Shown: positions 39,238 through 49,592 of the stretch, one piece after another
Layout of the letters: every line of letters starts with the position of its first letter
Position numbering within the stretch: position 1 is the stretch's first letter
Assembly: GCA_965228875.1 (NCBI GenBank)
Contig: OZ245843.1
Location: 2,462,616-2,526,615 of the forward strand
Length of the DNA stretch: 64,000 nucleotides
Source of the DNA: Thalassobaculaceae bacterium
Lineage (GTDB): Bacteria > Pseudomonadota > Alphaproteobacteria > Thalassobaculales > Thalassobaculaceae
Reading direction: 5' to 3'
Program-made: the position numbers and the translations under genes
Notes under the pieces: model-generated
Seen by the model: the letters and a program-made list of their open reading frames with translations, nothing else
What the model was told of the DNA's origin: nothing
The model's database searches: none

Positions 39238-40845
39238 ATGAACTGGGGACGCACACTCGCCAAGACTGCAATGAAGACCGCTCTCGCGGCGGCCATCGCC
39301 TTGCCGATGACGGTCGGGTCGACCGTCACCGCCTCGGCGGAGACCACGCTCCGGGTGGTCATGCACTCGGACCTGAAGATCGTCGATCCGATCTGGACCA
39401 CCGCGTACATGTCGCGGAACTACGGGTATATGGTCTACGACACGCTGTTCGCGATGGACGAGAACACCAACGTCCACCCGCAGATGGTCGACAGCTATTC
39501 GGTCAGCGATGACAAGCTGACCTACACCTTCACCCTGCGCGACGGCCTGAAGTGGCATGACGGCGAACCGGTCAAGTCCGAGGACTGCATCGCCTCGATC
39601 AAGCGCTGGGGATCGAAGGACTCGATGGGCCAGAAGCTCATGGAGTTCATCGCCGACTTCAACGTGGTCGACGACAAGACCTTCGAGATCAAGCTGAAGG
39701 AGCCGTACGGCCTCGTGCTGGTCTCGCTTGCCAAGCCGAGCTCGAACGTCCCGTTCATGATGCCCAAGCGCGTCGCGGACACACCGGCCAGCGAGCAGAT
39801 CACCGACTACACCGGCTCCGGCCCGTTCGTCTTCGCGGCCGACGAGTGGAAGCCCGGCGACGTCACGGTGTTCAAGAAGTTCGAGGACTACGTGCCGCGC
39901 AGCGAGCCGGCGAGCTGGGCCTCGGGCGGCAAGGTCGTGAATGTCGACCGTGTCGAATGGATCTCGATCAAGGACCATCAGACCGCGGTCAACGCGCTGA
40001 TCGAGGGCGAGGTCGACTATCTGGAGTCGCCGCCGACCGACCTGCTGCCGCTGATGGAGGCGGAAGAGTCGGTGACGGCCAAAATCCTGAACCCGCTCGG
40101 CAACCAGTTCATGTTCCGCCTGAACCACCTGCATCCGCCGTTCAACGACGTGAAGGCGCGGCGCGCCGCGCTGGCCGCGATCGACCAGCTCGGCTTCCTG
40201 CAGGCGGTGATCGGCGATCCGAACTACTTCGAGGAATGCCCGGCCATGTTCGCCTGCGGCACGTCGCTGGAGACGGCCAAGGGCACCGAGATCCTCATGA
40301 AGTCGGATATCGAGCTGGCCAAGAAGCTGCTGGCGGAGTCCTCCTATGACGGGACGCCGATCGTGGTGATGCAGTCGACCGATGTCGACGTGCTGAACAA
40401 CCTCGGCCCGGTGGCGGCCGACAAGCTGAAGCGCGCCGGCTTCAACGTCGATCTTCAGGCCATGGACTGGCAGACCCTGGTGGCCCGTCGCGCCAAGAAG
40501 GAGGTCCCGGCGGAAGGCGGCTGGAACGTCTTCATGACGTCCTGGACGACGGCCGACATCCTCAACCCGATCATGGCCGCAGGCTTCAACGCGACCTGCG
40601 ACTCGGCCTGGTTCGGCTGGCCGTGCGACGAGACCATGGAGGAACTGCGCGACCGCTTCGCCCGCGAGACCAACCCGGACGAGCAGAAGCTGATCGCCGA
40701 GGAGATCCAGGTCCGCGCCATGGAGATCGTCACCCACGCCCATGCCGGCCAGTACTACCGGCCGTCGGCGTGGAACAGTGCCGCCCTGTCCGATGTGATC
40801 GGCGGCCCGTTCCCGATCTTCTGGAACCTGTCCAAGTCCGAGTAG
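39238..40845 (+). CDS. ABC transporter substrate-binding protein (family 5, dipeptide/oligopeptide/nickel)
   Basis: Signal-peptide-like N-terminus; 'DPIWTTAY', 'YTFTLRDGLKWHDG', 'GSGPF'. Confidence 0.93.
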   Translation: MNWGRTLAKTAMKTALAAAIALPMTVGSTVTASAETTLRVVMHSDLKIVDPIWTTAYMSRNYGYMVYDTLFAMDENTNVHPQMVDSYSVSDDKLTYTFTLRDGLKWHDGEPVKSEDCIASIKRWGSKDSMGQKLMEFIADFNVVDDKTFEIKLKEPYGLVLVSLAKPSSNVPFMMPKRVADTPASEQITDYTGSGPFVFAADEWKPGDVTVFKKFEDYVPRSEPASWASGGKVVNVDRVEWISIKDHQTAVNALIEGEVDYLESPPTDLLPLMEAEESVTAKILNPLGNQFMFRLNHLHPPFNDVKARRAALAAIDQLGFLQAVIGDPNYFEECPAMFACGTSLETAKGTEILMKSDIELAKKLLAESSYDGTPIVVMQSTDVDVLNNLGPVAADKLKRAGFNVDLQAMDWQTLVARRAKKEVPAEGGWNVFMTSWTTADILNPIMAAGFNATCDSAWFGWPCDETMEELRDRFARETNPDEQKLIAEEIQVRAMEIVTHAHAGQYYRPSAWNSAALSDVIGGPFPIFWNLSKSE

Positions 40846-40872
40846 GACCAACCATCTAGCGATCGAGGACCG

Positions 40873-41814
40873 ATGTTCGGTTTCATCGTCAATCGACTGC
40901 TCGCCACCATCCCGGTCCTCGGGATGGTGGCGGTGTTCGTGTTCCTGATGCTGCGCCTCGCTCCGGGTGACCCAGCGGCGGTGCTGGCGGGGGACAACGG
41001 AACGCCGCAACAGATCGCCGAAATCCGGGAAAACCTCGGCCTCAACAAGCCGATGCTGGTACAGCTCGGGATCTGGGTGCTCGACATCCTCAAGGGCGAT
41101 TTCGGCCAGTCCTATTTCTTCAAGAAGGACGTCACCGAACTCATCATGCTGCGCGTCGAGCCGACGCTCGCGCTGGCGACGACGACGCTGATCATCACGA
41201 TCGCGGTCGCCGTGCCGCTCGGCGTGATCGCGGCCTACCGCCACGGCACCTGGATCGACCGCTCGGTGATGGCCTTCTCGGTCGCCGGCTTCTCGGTGCC
41301 GGTCTTCGTGCTCGGCTACATCCTGATCTATCTGTTCGCCATGGAGATCAAGCTGTTCCCGGTCCAGGGGTACAAGGAGATCGCGGACGGATTCTGGCCG
41401 TTCCTCCACCGGCTCATCCTGCCCAGTATCACCTTGAGCGTGATCTACATCGCGCTGATCGCCCGGATCACCCGCGCCAGCGTGCTTGAGGTCCTCGGAG
41501 AGGATTACATCCGCACCGCCTACGCCAAGGGACTCACCCCCAACACCGTCCTGATGAAGCATGCGCTGCGCAACGCCGCCGTGCCGATCGTCACTGTGAT
41601 CGGTATCGGCATCGCCCTGCTGATCGGCGGCGTGGTGGTCACCGAGAGCGTCTACAACATCCCGGGCCTCGGCCGCCTGACGGTGGATGCCGTGCTCGGC
41701 CGCGACTACCCGACGATCCAGGCGATCATCATCGTGTTCTCCTTCGTGTACGTCGTGGTCAACCTGCTGGTCGACCTCAGCTACAGCCTGCTCGACCCGA
41801 GGATCCGCTATTGA
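40873..41814 (+). CDS. ABC transporter permease (DppB-like)
   Basis: 'PGDPA', EAA loop 'EDYIRTAYAKGL', 'HALRNA', 'LLDPRIRY'. Confidence 0.93.
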   Translation: MFGFIVNRLLATIPVLGMVAVFVFLMLRLAPGDPAAVLAGDNGTPQQIAEIRENLGLNKPMLVQLGIWVLDILKGDFGQSYFFKKDVTELIMLRVEPTLALATTTLIITIAVAVPLGVIAAYRHGTWIDRSVMAFSVAGFSVPVFVLGYILIYLFAMEIKLFPVQGYKEIADGFWPFLHRLILPSITLSVIYIALIARITRASVLEVLGEDYIRTAYAKGLTPNTVLMKHALRNAAVPIVTVIGIGIALLIGGVVVTESVYNIPGLGRLTVDAVLGRDYPTIQAIIIVFSFVYVVVNLLVDLSYSLLDPRIRY

Positions 41815-42746
41815 CCGAGAGCACGGAAAACCTCGTCGACGCCGCCGCGTCGGCCGACGCCGCCTCGCGCAAGGCCACGGTCTGGGAGCAGTTGATCCGC
41901 AATCCGAGCGTGATGTTCGGCGGCGCCGTCATGGGCCTGATGGTGCTCATGGCGATATGCGCCCCGCTGCTCGGCACGATGGATCCCAGCGAGATCGCGC
42001 CAGCCTGGCGCAACAAGCATCCCGGGACCGAACACCTGAAGACCTTCGTCGACGGCACGGAGAAGGAGTGGGTGTACCTGATGGGGACGGACACCCTGGG
42101 CCGCGACACCTACAGCCGGGTGATCTACGGCGCCCAGGTGTCGCTCGCGGTGGGCGTGCTGGTCTCCGTCCTGTCGCTGGCCCTCGGCCTTGTGATCGGC
42201 TTGGTCTCCGGCTACATCCGCTGGCTCGACGCGATCGTCATGCGGGTCATGGACGGGCTGATGGCGATCCCCGGCATCCTGCTCGCGATCGCCCTCGTCT
42301 CGCTCGCCGATGCCGGGCTGATGACGGTGATCCTGGCCATCACCATCCCCGAGATTCCGCGCGTCGTCCGGCTCGTCCGGTCAATCGTGCTGTCGATCCG
42401 CGAGGAACCCTACGTCGAGGCGGCCATCTCCGTCGGCACGCGCATGCACCTGATCCTGATCCGCCACGTGCTGCCGAATACCATCGCGCCGCTGATCGTC
42501 CAGGGGACCTACATCTGCGCCTCGGCGATCCTGGTCGAAGCCATCCTGAGCTTCCTCGGCGTCGGCATCCCGCCGGAGACGCCGACCTGGGGCAATATCA
42601 TGGCCGAGGGCCGTGTCCTGTTCCGGGTGTATCCGCACAACATCCTGTTCCCCGGCATCTTCCTCGCCATCACGGTGCTCGCCGTGAACATGCTCGGCGA
42701 CGGGCTGCGGGATACCCTCGACCCCCGCATGCGCAAGCGGCTGTAG
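41811..42746 (+). CDS. ABC transporter permease (DppC-like)
   Basis: 'GTDTLGRD', 'YVEAA', 'LSFLGVG', 'GDGLRDTLDPR'; TTGA overlap with the previous gene. Confidence 0.93.
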   Translation: MTESTENLVDAAASADAASRKATVWEQLIRNPSVMFGGAVMGLMVLMAICAPLLGTMDPSEIAPAWRNKHPGTEHLKTFVDGTEKEWVYLMGTDTLGRDTYSRVIYGAQVSLAVGVLVSVLSLALGLVIGLVSGYIRWLDAIVMRVMDGLMAIPGILLAIALVSLADAGLMTVILAITIPEIPRVVRLVRSIVLSIREEPYVEAAISVGTRMHLILIRHVLPNTIAPLIVQGTYICASAILVEAILSFLGVGIPPETPTWGNIMAEGRVLFRVYPHNILFPGIFLAITVLAVNMLGDGLRDTLDPRMRKRL

Positions 42747-42749
42747 ACC

Positions 42750-44393
42750 ATGACCGACGCCAACAGCACCCGGCCGATCCTCGAGATCGACAACCTCACG
42801 GTCGATCTGCCCGAGGGCAACGACCGCCGCCACGCCGTCGACGGCGTCTCCATCAGCGTCGGCCCGCGCGAGATCGTCTGCCTAGTCGGCGAGTCCGGCT
42901 CCGGCAAGTCGGTGACGGCGTTCAGCGTCATGGGCCTGCTGCCGAAGGGCCAGCTCACGCCGAGCGGCGGCGAGATCCGGCTGATGGGCGAAAACGTCCT
43001 GGAGGCGAGCGACGAACGTCTGCGCGAGCTGCGCGGCGCCCGGATGTCGATGATCTTCCAGGAGCCGATGACGGCGCTGAACCCGACCATGACCTGTGGC
43101 GCGCAGATCGAAGAGGTGCTGAAGACCCACACCGACCTCGACCAGCCGACCCGTCAGACCAAGATCCTCGAGATCCTGGAGCAGGTGCAACTCCCGGATC
43201 CGCCGAGGATGGCCGCCTCCTACCCGCATCAGCTCTCCGGCGGACAGCGCCAGCGCATCATGATCGCCATGGCGCTGGTCCTGGAGCCGGTGCTGCTGAT
43301 CGCCGACGAACCGACAACCGCGCTCGACGTCACTACACAGGAACAGATCCTCAAGCTCATCAAGGAGATCCAGGCCACCCACGAGACCGCGGTCCTGTTC
43401 ATCACCCACGATTTCGGGGTGGTCGCCGAGATCGCCGACCGGGTCGCCGTGATGCAGTGGGGCAAGGTCGTGGAGGAAGGCCCGGCCGAAGCCGTCCTGA
43501 AGCGGCCGCAGGAGCCCTATACCCGGATGCTCATCGGCGCGGTGCCGAGCTTCACCCCCCACGGCCGTCCGCGCGACCAGAAGGCGCCGGTGGTTCTGGC
43601 GACCGACGGCCTCTGCAAGACCTATGGCGGCGGCGGGTTCTTCCAGAAGGCAAGAGAGGTGCGCGCCGCCCAGGACGTCGATCTGGAGATCCGCAAGGGC
43701 GAGACGCTGGGCATCGTCGGCGAGTCCGGATCCGGCAAGTCGACGGTGGCGCGCTGCATTGCCCGGCTGATCGACCCGACCGCCGGCCACATCTACCTCG
43801 ACAGCGACGATATCGCCCAGGCGTCTCAGTCGCGGCTGCGTAGCCTGCGCCGCCGGGTCCAGATCGTGTTTCAGGACCCCTACCGCTCGCTCAACCCGCG
43901 GCGGACCGTCGGCGCCTCGATCATCGAGGGACCGACGAACTACGGAATGAGCGAGAAGGAGGCCAATGAGCGTGCCCGGACGCTGATGTCGACGGTGCGC
44001 CTCGACCCGAACGCGCTCGACCGCTTTCCGCACCAGTTCTCCGGCGGCCAGCGGCAGCGGATCTGCATCGCCCGGGCGCTGGCGATGGAACCGGACCTGC
44101 TGATCGCCGACGAGGCGGTCTCCGCCCTCGACGTCTCCGTCCAGGCCCAGGTGCTCGAACTGCTGGACGACATTCGCCGGCGGCTCGATCTGGCGATGCT
44201 GTTCATCACCCACGACCTGCGCGTCGCCGCCCAGGTCTGCGACACGGTGGCGGTGATGCACCAGGGCCTTGTGGTGGAATATGGCGAGGCGGCCGAGGTG
44301 TTCGGGAACCCGCAGCACGACTACACCCGAGCCCTGTTCGCCGCCGCGCCGGGCCGCGGCTTCGCCTTCGGTGGCGAGGCCCTGGCCGGCTGA
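42750..44393 (+). CDS. ABC transporter ATP-binding protein (fused DppD/F-type, two NBDs)
   Basis: Two Walker A motifs (GESGSGKS) and two signature motifs ([16 protein letters not shown]). Confidence 0.95.
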   Translation: MTDANSTRPILEIDNLTVDLPEGNDRRHAVDGVSISVGPREIVCLVGESGSGKSVTAFSVMGLLPKGQLTPSGGEIRLMGENVLEASDERLRELRGARMSMIFQEPMTALNPTMTCGAQIEEVLKTHTDLDQPTRQTKILEILEQVQLPDPPRMAASYPHQLSGGQRQRIMIAMALVLEPVLLIADEPTTALDVTTQEQILKLIKEIQATHETAVLFITHDFGVVAEIADRVAVMQWGKVVEEGPAEAVLKRPQEPYTRMLIGAVPSFTPHGRPRDQKAPVVLATDGLCKTYGGGGFFQKAREVRAAQDVDLEIRKGETLGIVGESGSGKSTVARCIARLIDPTAGHIYLDSDDIAQASQSRLRSLRRRVQIVFQDPYRSLNPRRTVGASIIEGPTNYGMSEKEANERARTLMSTVRLDPNALDRFPHQFSGGQRQRICIARALAMEPDLLIADEAVSALDVSVQAQVLELLDDIRRRLDLAMLFITHDLRVAAQVCDTVAVMHQGLVVEYGEAAEVFGNPQHDYTRALFAAAPGRGFAFGGEALAG

Positions 44394-44408
44394 CGCGCCG
44401 GTCCCGGC

Positions 44409-45491
44409 TCAGATGATCTCGGTCGCGCCGACCAGCCGGCCGACCGTCTGCAGCAGACCTTCGACCGTCATGCCCGAACTCTCCGTCGAGTCGAGCCGGA
44501 ACACCGAACGCACCACGGGATGGTCGCGCAGCACGATTGCCCCGTCCCGCAGGGGCTCGGCCGCCGCATAGTCCGGGTGCGCCTCATGCACCAGGATCAG
44601 GTTCCACCCCTGTATCACCCGGCCCACCTCCGGGCTGCGCGCCTTGAACAGCGCCCGGAAGCCGGCCCGGTCGATGGCCGAGAACACCATTTCCTCGCTG
44701 TGCAGCACCCGGTCGCCGATGTCCTGCACCAGAACGAACCCGTCCGCCGCCAAAGCATGCGGCCACGCCCTCAGGTAGTAGTCCAGGGCGGCCGGATCCA
44801 TCTCCGCGAGGTTGGCATGCGAGGCGATCGCGTCGTAGGGGCCGTCCATCGCCGCGTCGACGTGCCACCAGGGATACAGGTGACAGGCATGGGTCTCCGG
44901 CACCACGAGCGACCGGGCACGGTCGTCGGAGAAACGACCGATCGTCGCCCGCTCGTCGGCGGTCAGCGCGTGGTTGCGGAAGGCCGGGCCGAACACATGG
45001 CGCGCGAAAGCGGCCTGGAGGATGTAGAGACTCTGGGTCACCTCCACCAGGTCATACCGCTCGATCTGCGGGTCGAGAGAGGCGAAGGACGCGGACAGGC
45101 CCAGGCCCGGACCGATCTCCAGCACCCGCCGGCGCGACGGCAATCCGCACAGTTTGATGTACGCGGAGAACTGGGACACCAGGTCTCCGACCGGCACCGG
45201 AACCCGACTCTGCGGAAAGGTCGTGCGATGCCAGGTGACGAAGGCGGCGGCGGTCCGCACCAGCTTCTTCAGTTCGTCCACCGTCGCGACCGACAGGCCG
45301 GCCGCCACGCTGTCGGCGATCGCGGCGCTGTAGAAGCCCTGGAGAACCGACCGCAGTTCCCCCTGATGCCGCACGCGGCTCGGAAAGCCCACCCGCTCGA
45401 ACGCGGCCGGCCCGAAGGCCGCCCGGCTGCGCCACCGCTCCACCCCCGACAGGGCCACGGATTCCTCGAAGTCGTAGGTCGCAATATCCAA
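44409..45491 (-). CDS. Hypothetical SAM-dependent methyltransferase-like protein (paralogue B)
   Basis: TTG start at 45491 with AGGAGG about 10 nt upstream; 'RVLEIGPGLG', 'EVTQSLYILQ', 'YPWW', 'YDAIASHANLAEM'. Confidence 0.7.
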   Translation of the reverse strand: MDIATYDFEESVALSGVERWRSRAAFGPAAFERVGFPSRVRHQGELRSVLQGFYSAAIADSVAAGLSVATVDELKKLVRTAAAFVTWHRTTFPQSRVPVPVGDLVSQFSAYIKLCGLPSRRRVLEIGPGLGLSASFASLDPQIERYDLVEVTQSLYILQAAFARHVFGPAFRNHALTADERATIGRFSDDRARSLVVPETHACHLYPWWHVDAAMDGPYDAIASHANLAEMDPAALDYYLRAWPHALAADGFVLVQDIGDRVLHSEEMVFSAIDRAGFRALFKARSPEVGRVIQGWNLILVHEAHPDYAAAEPLRDGAIVLRDHPVVRSVFRLDSTESSGMTVEGLLQTVGRLVGATEII

Positions 45492-45535
45492 GCGATGCGC
45501 CCTCCTCGCGCCAGGCGGATTGGTCGGTGGCTGAA

Positions 45536-46639
45536 CTAGCCGGCGGGTCCATAATGCTGGGCGACAAGCTCGTTCAGCGTCTTGCGCAGATCGGCCACGG
45601 TCACCTTCCGCCCGGCCGCCCTGTCGAGCCGGAAGACGCTGCGGACCACCGGGTGGTCGGCCATGAATATCTGGCCTTCGCGCATCACCTGGGCGGCGGC
45701 GTAGTCCGGATGCCCCTCGCCCACCAGAAGCAGGTTCCAGCCAAACAGGGTCCGCTCGCCCTGCTTGCCAGCGACCTTGGCGAGAACCCGGAAACCGGCC
45801 CGGCCGATCGCCTCGAAGACCGTGCTGTTCTTGGTCAGCACTGCATGTCCGGTGTCCTGTATCAGGATGTAGCCCCCCGGCGCCAGCGCCTGACGCCACG
45901 CTCCGACGTAGTACGCCAGAGCCTTCTCGTGCATCTCCGCCAGGTTGGCGTGCGAGGCGATGACGTCGTATTGCTGGCGCAGCGGGTCGTCGACGCGCCA
46001 CCATGGATACAGCTCGCAGCGGTATGCGCGTGGCAATTCGATCGTCTGAGCCGCCCGTTCCTCAGCCCCACCGCCGGGCAGCCCGCCGACCGCTACGTCC
46101 GCCGCCTCCGGCATCGCGTGGTTGCGGAACCCGTCGCCGTACAAAGAGCCGAACAGCGACGCCTGGGCGATATAGAGCGACTGAGTGACTTCCAGGAAGG
46201 TGGCCTGCTCGATCGCCGGGTCGGCGGCCTCGAACGTTGCCGTCAGACCAAAACCCGAGCCGATCTCGAGGACCCGCCGGCGCGACGGCAGCCCCCTCAG
46301 TTTGGAATAGGCGGCGAACTGGGACACGAACTCGGCCATGGGAATCCTCATCGACGTGTCGGGGAAAATCCCCCGGTACCACGCGACGAAGCGCATCATG
46401 GCCCGCAGCAGGATGTCGATCTCCTCCTGATCCAGGCCCTGGAGTTCTTCCATGTACCACTGCACCCGGTTGATCGGGTGCAGACCGGCGAGCAGGCCAC
46501 GCAGTTCGCCGAGATGACAGATCCGGGTGAGAAAGCCGACATGCTCGAAATGGCCGGGTCCGAATACCTGACGGGTCTGCCAGGCGTCGAGCCGAGCGGA
46601 GGCCGCCGCCTCCTCGCGGTCGTAGGTCGCAATGTCCAC
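45536..46639 (-). CDS. Hypothetical SAM-dependent methyltransferase-like protein (paralogue A)
   Basis: GTG start at 46639 aligns with the paralogue (xDIATYD.EE); 'RVLEIGSGFG', 'EVTQSLYIAQ', 'YPWW', 'YDVIASHANLAEM'. Confidence 0.7.
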   Translation of the reverse strand: MDIATYDREEAAASARLDAWQTRQVFGPGHFEHVGFLTRICHLGELRGLLAGLHPINRVQWYMEELQGLDQEEIDILLRAMMRFVAWYRGIFPDTSMRIPMAEFVSQFAAYSKLRGLPSRRRVLEIGSGFGLTATFEAADPAIEQATFLEVTQSLYIAQASLFGSLYGDGFRNHAMPEAADVAVGGLPGGGAEERAAQTIELPRAYRCELYPWWRVDDPLRQQYDVIASHANLAEMHEKALAYYVGAWRQALAPGGYILIQDTGHAVLTKNSTVFEAIGRAGFRVLAKVAGKQGERTLFGWNLLLVGEGHPDYAAAQVMREGQIFMADHPVVRSVFRLDRAAGRKVTVADLRKTLNELVAQHYGPAG

Positions 46640-46656
46640 GTCTGCTTCCCTGCTGC

Positions 46657-47451
46657 TCAGGAGGAGGATGAATTTGGTTTGGCGAGGACGCCGAAGACGA
46701 CATCCGGGTTCAGGCGGCGGATCCGCGTCGCCGACTCCGCCGAACAGAACCGGATCTCCATCGACCGTCGACGGGTCGGGCTGTCGATGGAGAGCTGCGT
46801 GCCATGCACCCGCTGCTGATCGAACAGCATGACGTCGCCCGGTTCCAGCACCGGTTCGACGAACGGCCACGCCGCTTCCTCAGCGGCACGGGCAAACAGG
46901 TCCTCGTGGCTGAACACGAGGTTCTTGCCGCCACCCGGCACCAGCATCCCGTCCGCGTCCGTGTTCTCGACCAGCCGCTGCCAGCACTCCCTCGGCCAGT
47001 TCGGCAGCGTGCTCATGACCAGCGATGGCGCGGTCCGACCGACCGGATCGAGCGGGATCCAGACCGTGACGATCGGCGTTCCCGCACCCAGCACCGTCGC
47101 GTCGAAATGCATCTGAGACGGATGGGACCGCCATTCCGGGCGATAGTCGCGGATGGTCGTGCCCTGTAGCGGAACGACAATGTCCTCGCCCAGGATCTCG
47201 CGCACCCGATCAGGAATAGGGGTCGCGTTCAGGAAGCCGACGACCGACTGCATGCTGCGAACCCGCTTCGCCTTCAGCATCGTCAGCAGGTTCACGTACC
47301 AGCGTCCTTCGATCTCACCCGCCTTGGGCGGCGCTCGATGGCCGATCATGGTGTCCACGAAGCGCGCAAGGGACTCGACCACGTCCAACGGCACGGCACC
47401 CGGCAGGATCGCGAACGGGGATGGCATTGCGTAAGGGACGGGCGTCGTCAC
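46657..47451 (-). CDS. PhyH-like 2-oxoglutarate/Fe(II) dioxygenase
   Basis: HxD 'MHFD', 'VTVWIPLD', 'LEPGDVMLFDQQRVHGT', 'RRSMEIRF'. Confidence 0.8.
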   Translation of the reverse strand: MTTPVPYAMPSPFAILPGAVPLDVVESLARFVDTMIGHRAPPKAGEIEGRWYVNLLTMLKAKRVRSMQSVVGFLNATPIPDRVREILGEDIVVPLQGTTIRDYRPEWRSHPSQMHFDATVLGAGTPIVTVWIPLDPVGRTAPSLVMSTLPNWPRECWQRLVENTDADGMLVPGGGKNLVFSHEDLFARAAEEAAWPFVEPVLEPGDVMLFDQQRVHGTQLSIDSPTRRRSMEIRFCSAESATRIRRLNPDVVFGVLAKPNSSSS

Positions 47452-47737
47452 GGGCTTCGACCTCGACTTGCCGGCGCGTTCCGGTCAGGCGGCCGCCAAA
47501 CGGCCAGGACATTCCTTCGCATTTTTCGCCACCGATCTCCAGAGGGCCAGCAGCGAAGCGAGAGGCCGGTCAGGATCGATCAGCACGCTGTCAGTCGCAA
47601 ATTTCAAACTGATTATGACAATGAACAATTTAAGACTGTGACAAAGCCAACCGTTCCCGCGCGTTGCGCGAGGTCTGATGCGGATGGGTGCGCCTACCTG
47701 CCACACCCGCGTTCACACGACCATGGGGAGACGCGTC

Positions 47738-49480
47738 ATGAGAACGATCGACGAGAACTGCCACGCCCGCTGCATCGCCGCCGACTCCGCCTACACCTAC
47801 TGGATCGACAAGGACAGCAGAGCCCTTCACCAGGGCCGGGTCGAGGACGGTCGACTGGTCAGCAAGGCGGTCATCGACGACAGCTGCACGGCCCGCCTGC
47901 TGGCTGCCAACGATGCATTCATCTACTGGGTCGACGACGGGAGCACGACACTGCACCGCGGCCGCGCCGAGAACGGCCGGCTGGTCGACGTCACCTCGAT
48001 CGACGAGAACTGCAGGGCGCGGGCACTCGGGTGCGACAGCACGTACCTGTACTGGGTCGACGAGGGCTCGAAGGAATTGCACCAGGGGCGGGTCGTGAAC
48101 GGTCGGCTGGTCACCAAGGCTGTGATTGACAGCAACTGCACTGCCCGCTGCCTGACGGCCAACGACGACTACGTCTACTGGATCGACGCGGACAGCACCG
48201 TCCTGCACCGGGCCATCGTCGAGAAGAACCGCCTGCAGGCGGGTACGACGGTCTATCGAAACGTCGATGCCGCGACCTTGGCCGCGAACCAGGAAGAGAT
48301 GCTGTGGGTCGAGCGGTCGGCGCACCGGTTGAATGCGATCGGCGCCAGCGAGTCGGGGGCCTGGATGGCCGAGCTCGCCCCCGTCATCGGCGCCCTGCCG
48401 CTGAACCGGGTTGTATTCCCCGGCACCCACGACTCCGCGACCGCTTCGCTCGATCCGGACCTGGACCTCGCCCCTGACGCACCCGACGCGCTCAAGACCG
48501 CCCGCAAGATCTTCGCGGTGCTCGAGGCATTTCGCGACGCGCTGACCCGCGACCCGCTCTGGAGCGCCCTCTACTACCTGCTCGTAAAGATCCTCGGAGA
48601 CTGGAGCTGGCATCCCACCCTGCGCCGTCTGGTGCTGCCCGCCTCCCAAGCCCAGGGCCGTACCATCGCCCAGCAGCTCGCCGCCGGCATCCGATATTTC
48701 GACCTGCGGGTGGCCGACCGCAGCGGTACGTTGCGCGTCTGCCACACCCTTTATGGCGAGCCGATCACCCACGTGATCGACGAGGTCGCCGCATATCTCG
48801 ACGCCAACGACCGAGAGATCGTGATCTTCGACCTCCAGAACTTCTACGACGTGTCGGATGGCCAGCACCATGCCCTGGCCGAGCGGATCGTCGAGACGAT
48901 CGGCCGCGATCGCCTGGTCCCGGCGGCCGTCGGTCCGCAGGTGAGGCTGGACACGCTCTGGCAGTCCCGCCAGCGGGTTGTCGTCCTGCATCGCGATCCG
49001 TCCAAAGTGCCGGAGCATCTGCGCAACCTCGTGTGGAGCCGGGACGCGCTGACGACGAAATGGGCGAATACGATGTCGGTCGATACCCTGCTTGAGACGA
49101 TCGATCACTGGCTGGACAATCGACCGACCAGCTTCTCGTTCTCGATCCTGCAGGGCCAGCTCACCTACGACGTCTTCCCGCATCTGCCGGAACCGCCGTC
49201 GCCGGTAATCCCGACAAACCCGCTGAAATGGCCCGAGTTCGCCAGTGACTGGCGAAAGTTCCTGGTCCGGTTCGCCGAAGCGATGAACGACTGGGACCGG
49301 GCGCAGATCGGCCTGCGCGAGCTGGCGTCACGGGCCAATCCCGAGGTGCTCACGCATCTGGCCGGTGCCTGGCGCGAGTACGACCACAACGTGCTGATCC
49401 TCGACCACTTCGAGATCGGCGACCTGGTCGAGACCGCCAAAACCCTGAACCGGGAAAAGGCGCCGCGGCGAAAGCACTGA
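47738..49480 (+). CDS. PI-specific phospholipase C X-domain protein with N-terminal 42-aa YWxD repeats
   Basis: 'FPGTHDSAT', 'QGRTIAQQLAAGIRYFDLRV', 'VCHTLYG', 'REIVIFD'; four full and one degenerate N-terminal repeats. Confidence 0.85.
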   Translation: MRTIDENCHARCIAADSAYTYWIDKDSRALHQGRVEDGRLVSKAVIDDSCTARLLAANDAFIYWVDDGSTTLHRGRAENGRLVDVTSIDENCRARALGCDSTYLYWVDEGSKELHQGRVVNGRLVTKAVIDSNCTARCLTANDDYVYWIDADSTVLHRAIVEKNRLQAGTTVYRNVDAATLAANQEEMLWVERSAHRLNAIGASESGAWMAELAPVIGALPLNRVVFPGTHDSATASLDPDLDLAPDAPDALKTARKIFAVLEAFRDALTRDPLWSALYYLLVKILGDWSWHPTLRRLVLPASQAQGRTIAQQLAAGIRYFDLRVADRSGTLRVCHTLYGEPITHVIDEVAAYLDANDREIVIFDLQNFYDVSDGQHHALAERIVETIGRDRLVPAAVGPQVRLDTLWQSRQRVVVLHRDPSKVPEHLRNLVWSRDALTTKWANTMSVDTLLETIDHWLDNRPTSFSFSILQGQLTYDVFPHLPEPPSPVIPTNPLKWPEFASDWRKFLVRFAEAMNDWDRAQIGLRELASRANPEVLTHLAGAWREYDHNVLILDHFEIGDLVETAKTLNREKAPRRKH

Positions 49481-49493
49481 ATCGAGAGGTAAA

Positions 49494-49569
49494 TGGTGCC
49501 CAGGGGCGGATTCGAACCACCGACACGCGGATTTTCAATCCGCTGCTCTACCAACTGAGCTACCTGGGC
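49494..49569 (-). tRNA. tRNA-Phe (GAA)
   Basis: GCCCAGGTAGCTCAGTTGGTAGAGCAGCGGATTGAAAATCCGCGTGTCGGTGGTTCGAATCCGCCCCTGGGCACCA; 76 nt, cloverleaf, CCA encoded. Confidence 0.98.
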
Positions 49570-49592
49570 GGCGCCGTGAGCGCGAGACGGGG

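Noticed and set aside
44400..44412. GGTCCCGGCTCAG, matching part of the REP-like copy at 37691-37703
   Set aside because: Only 13 bp, with no second stem arm or CGAC head; it could be chance in GC-rich DNA.
45492..46004. Upstream extension of ORF 44409..46004, suggesting a fusion or frameshift between the two methyltransferase paralogues
   Set aside because: Paralogue alignment and an AGGAGG site support an independent TTG start at 45491, and the upstream paralogue has its own stop at 45536.
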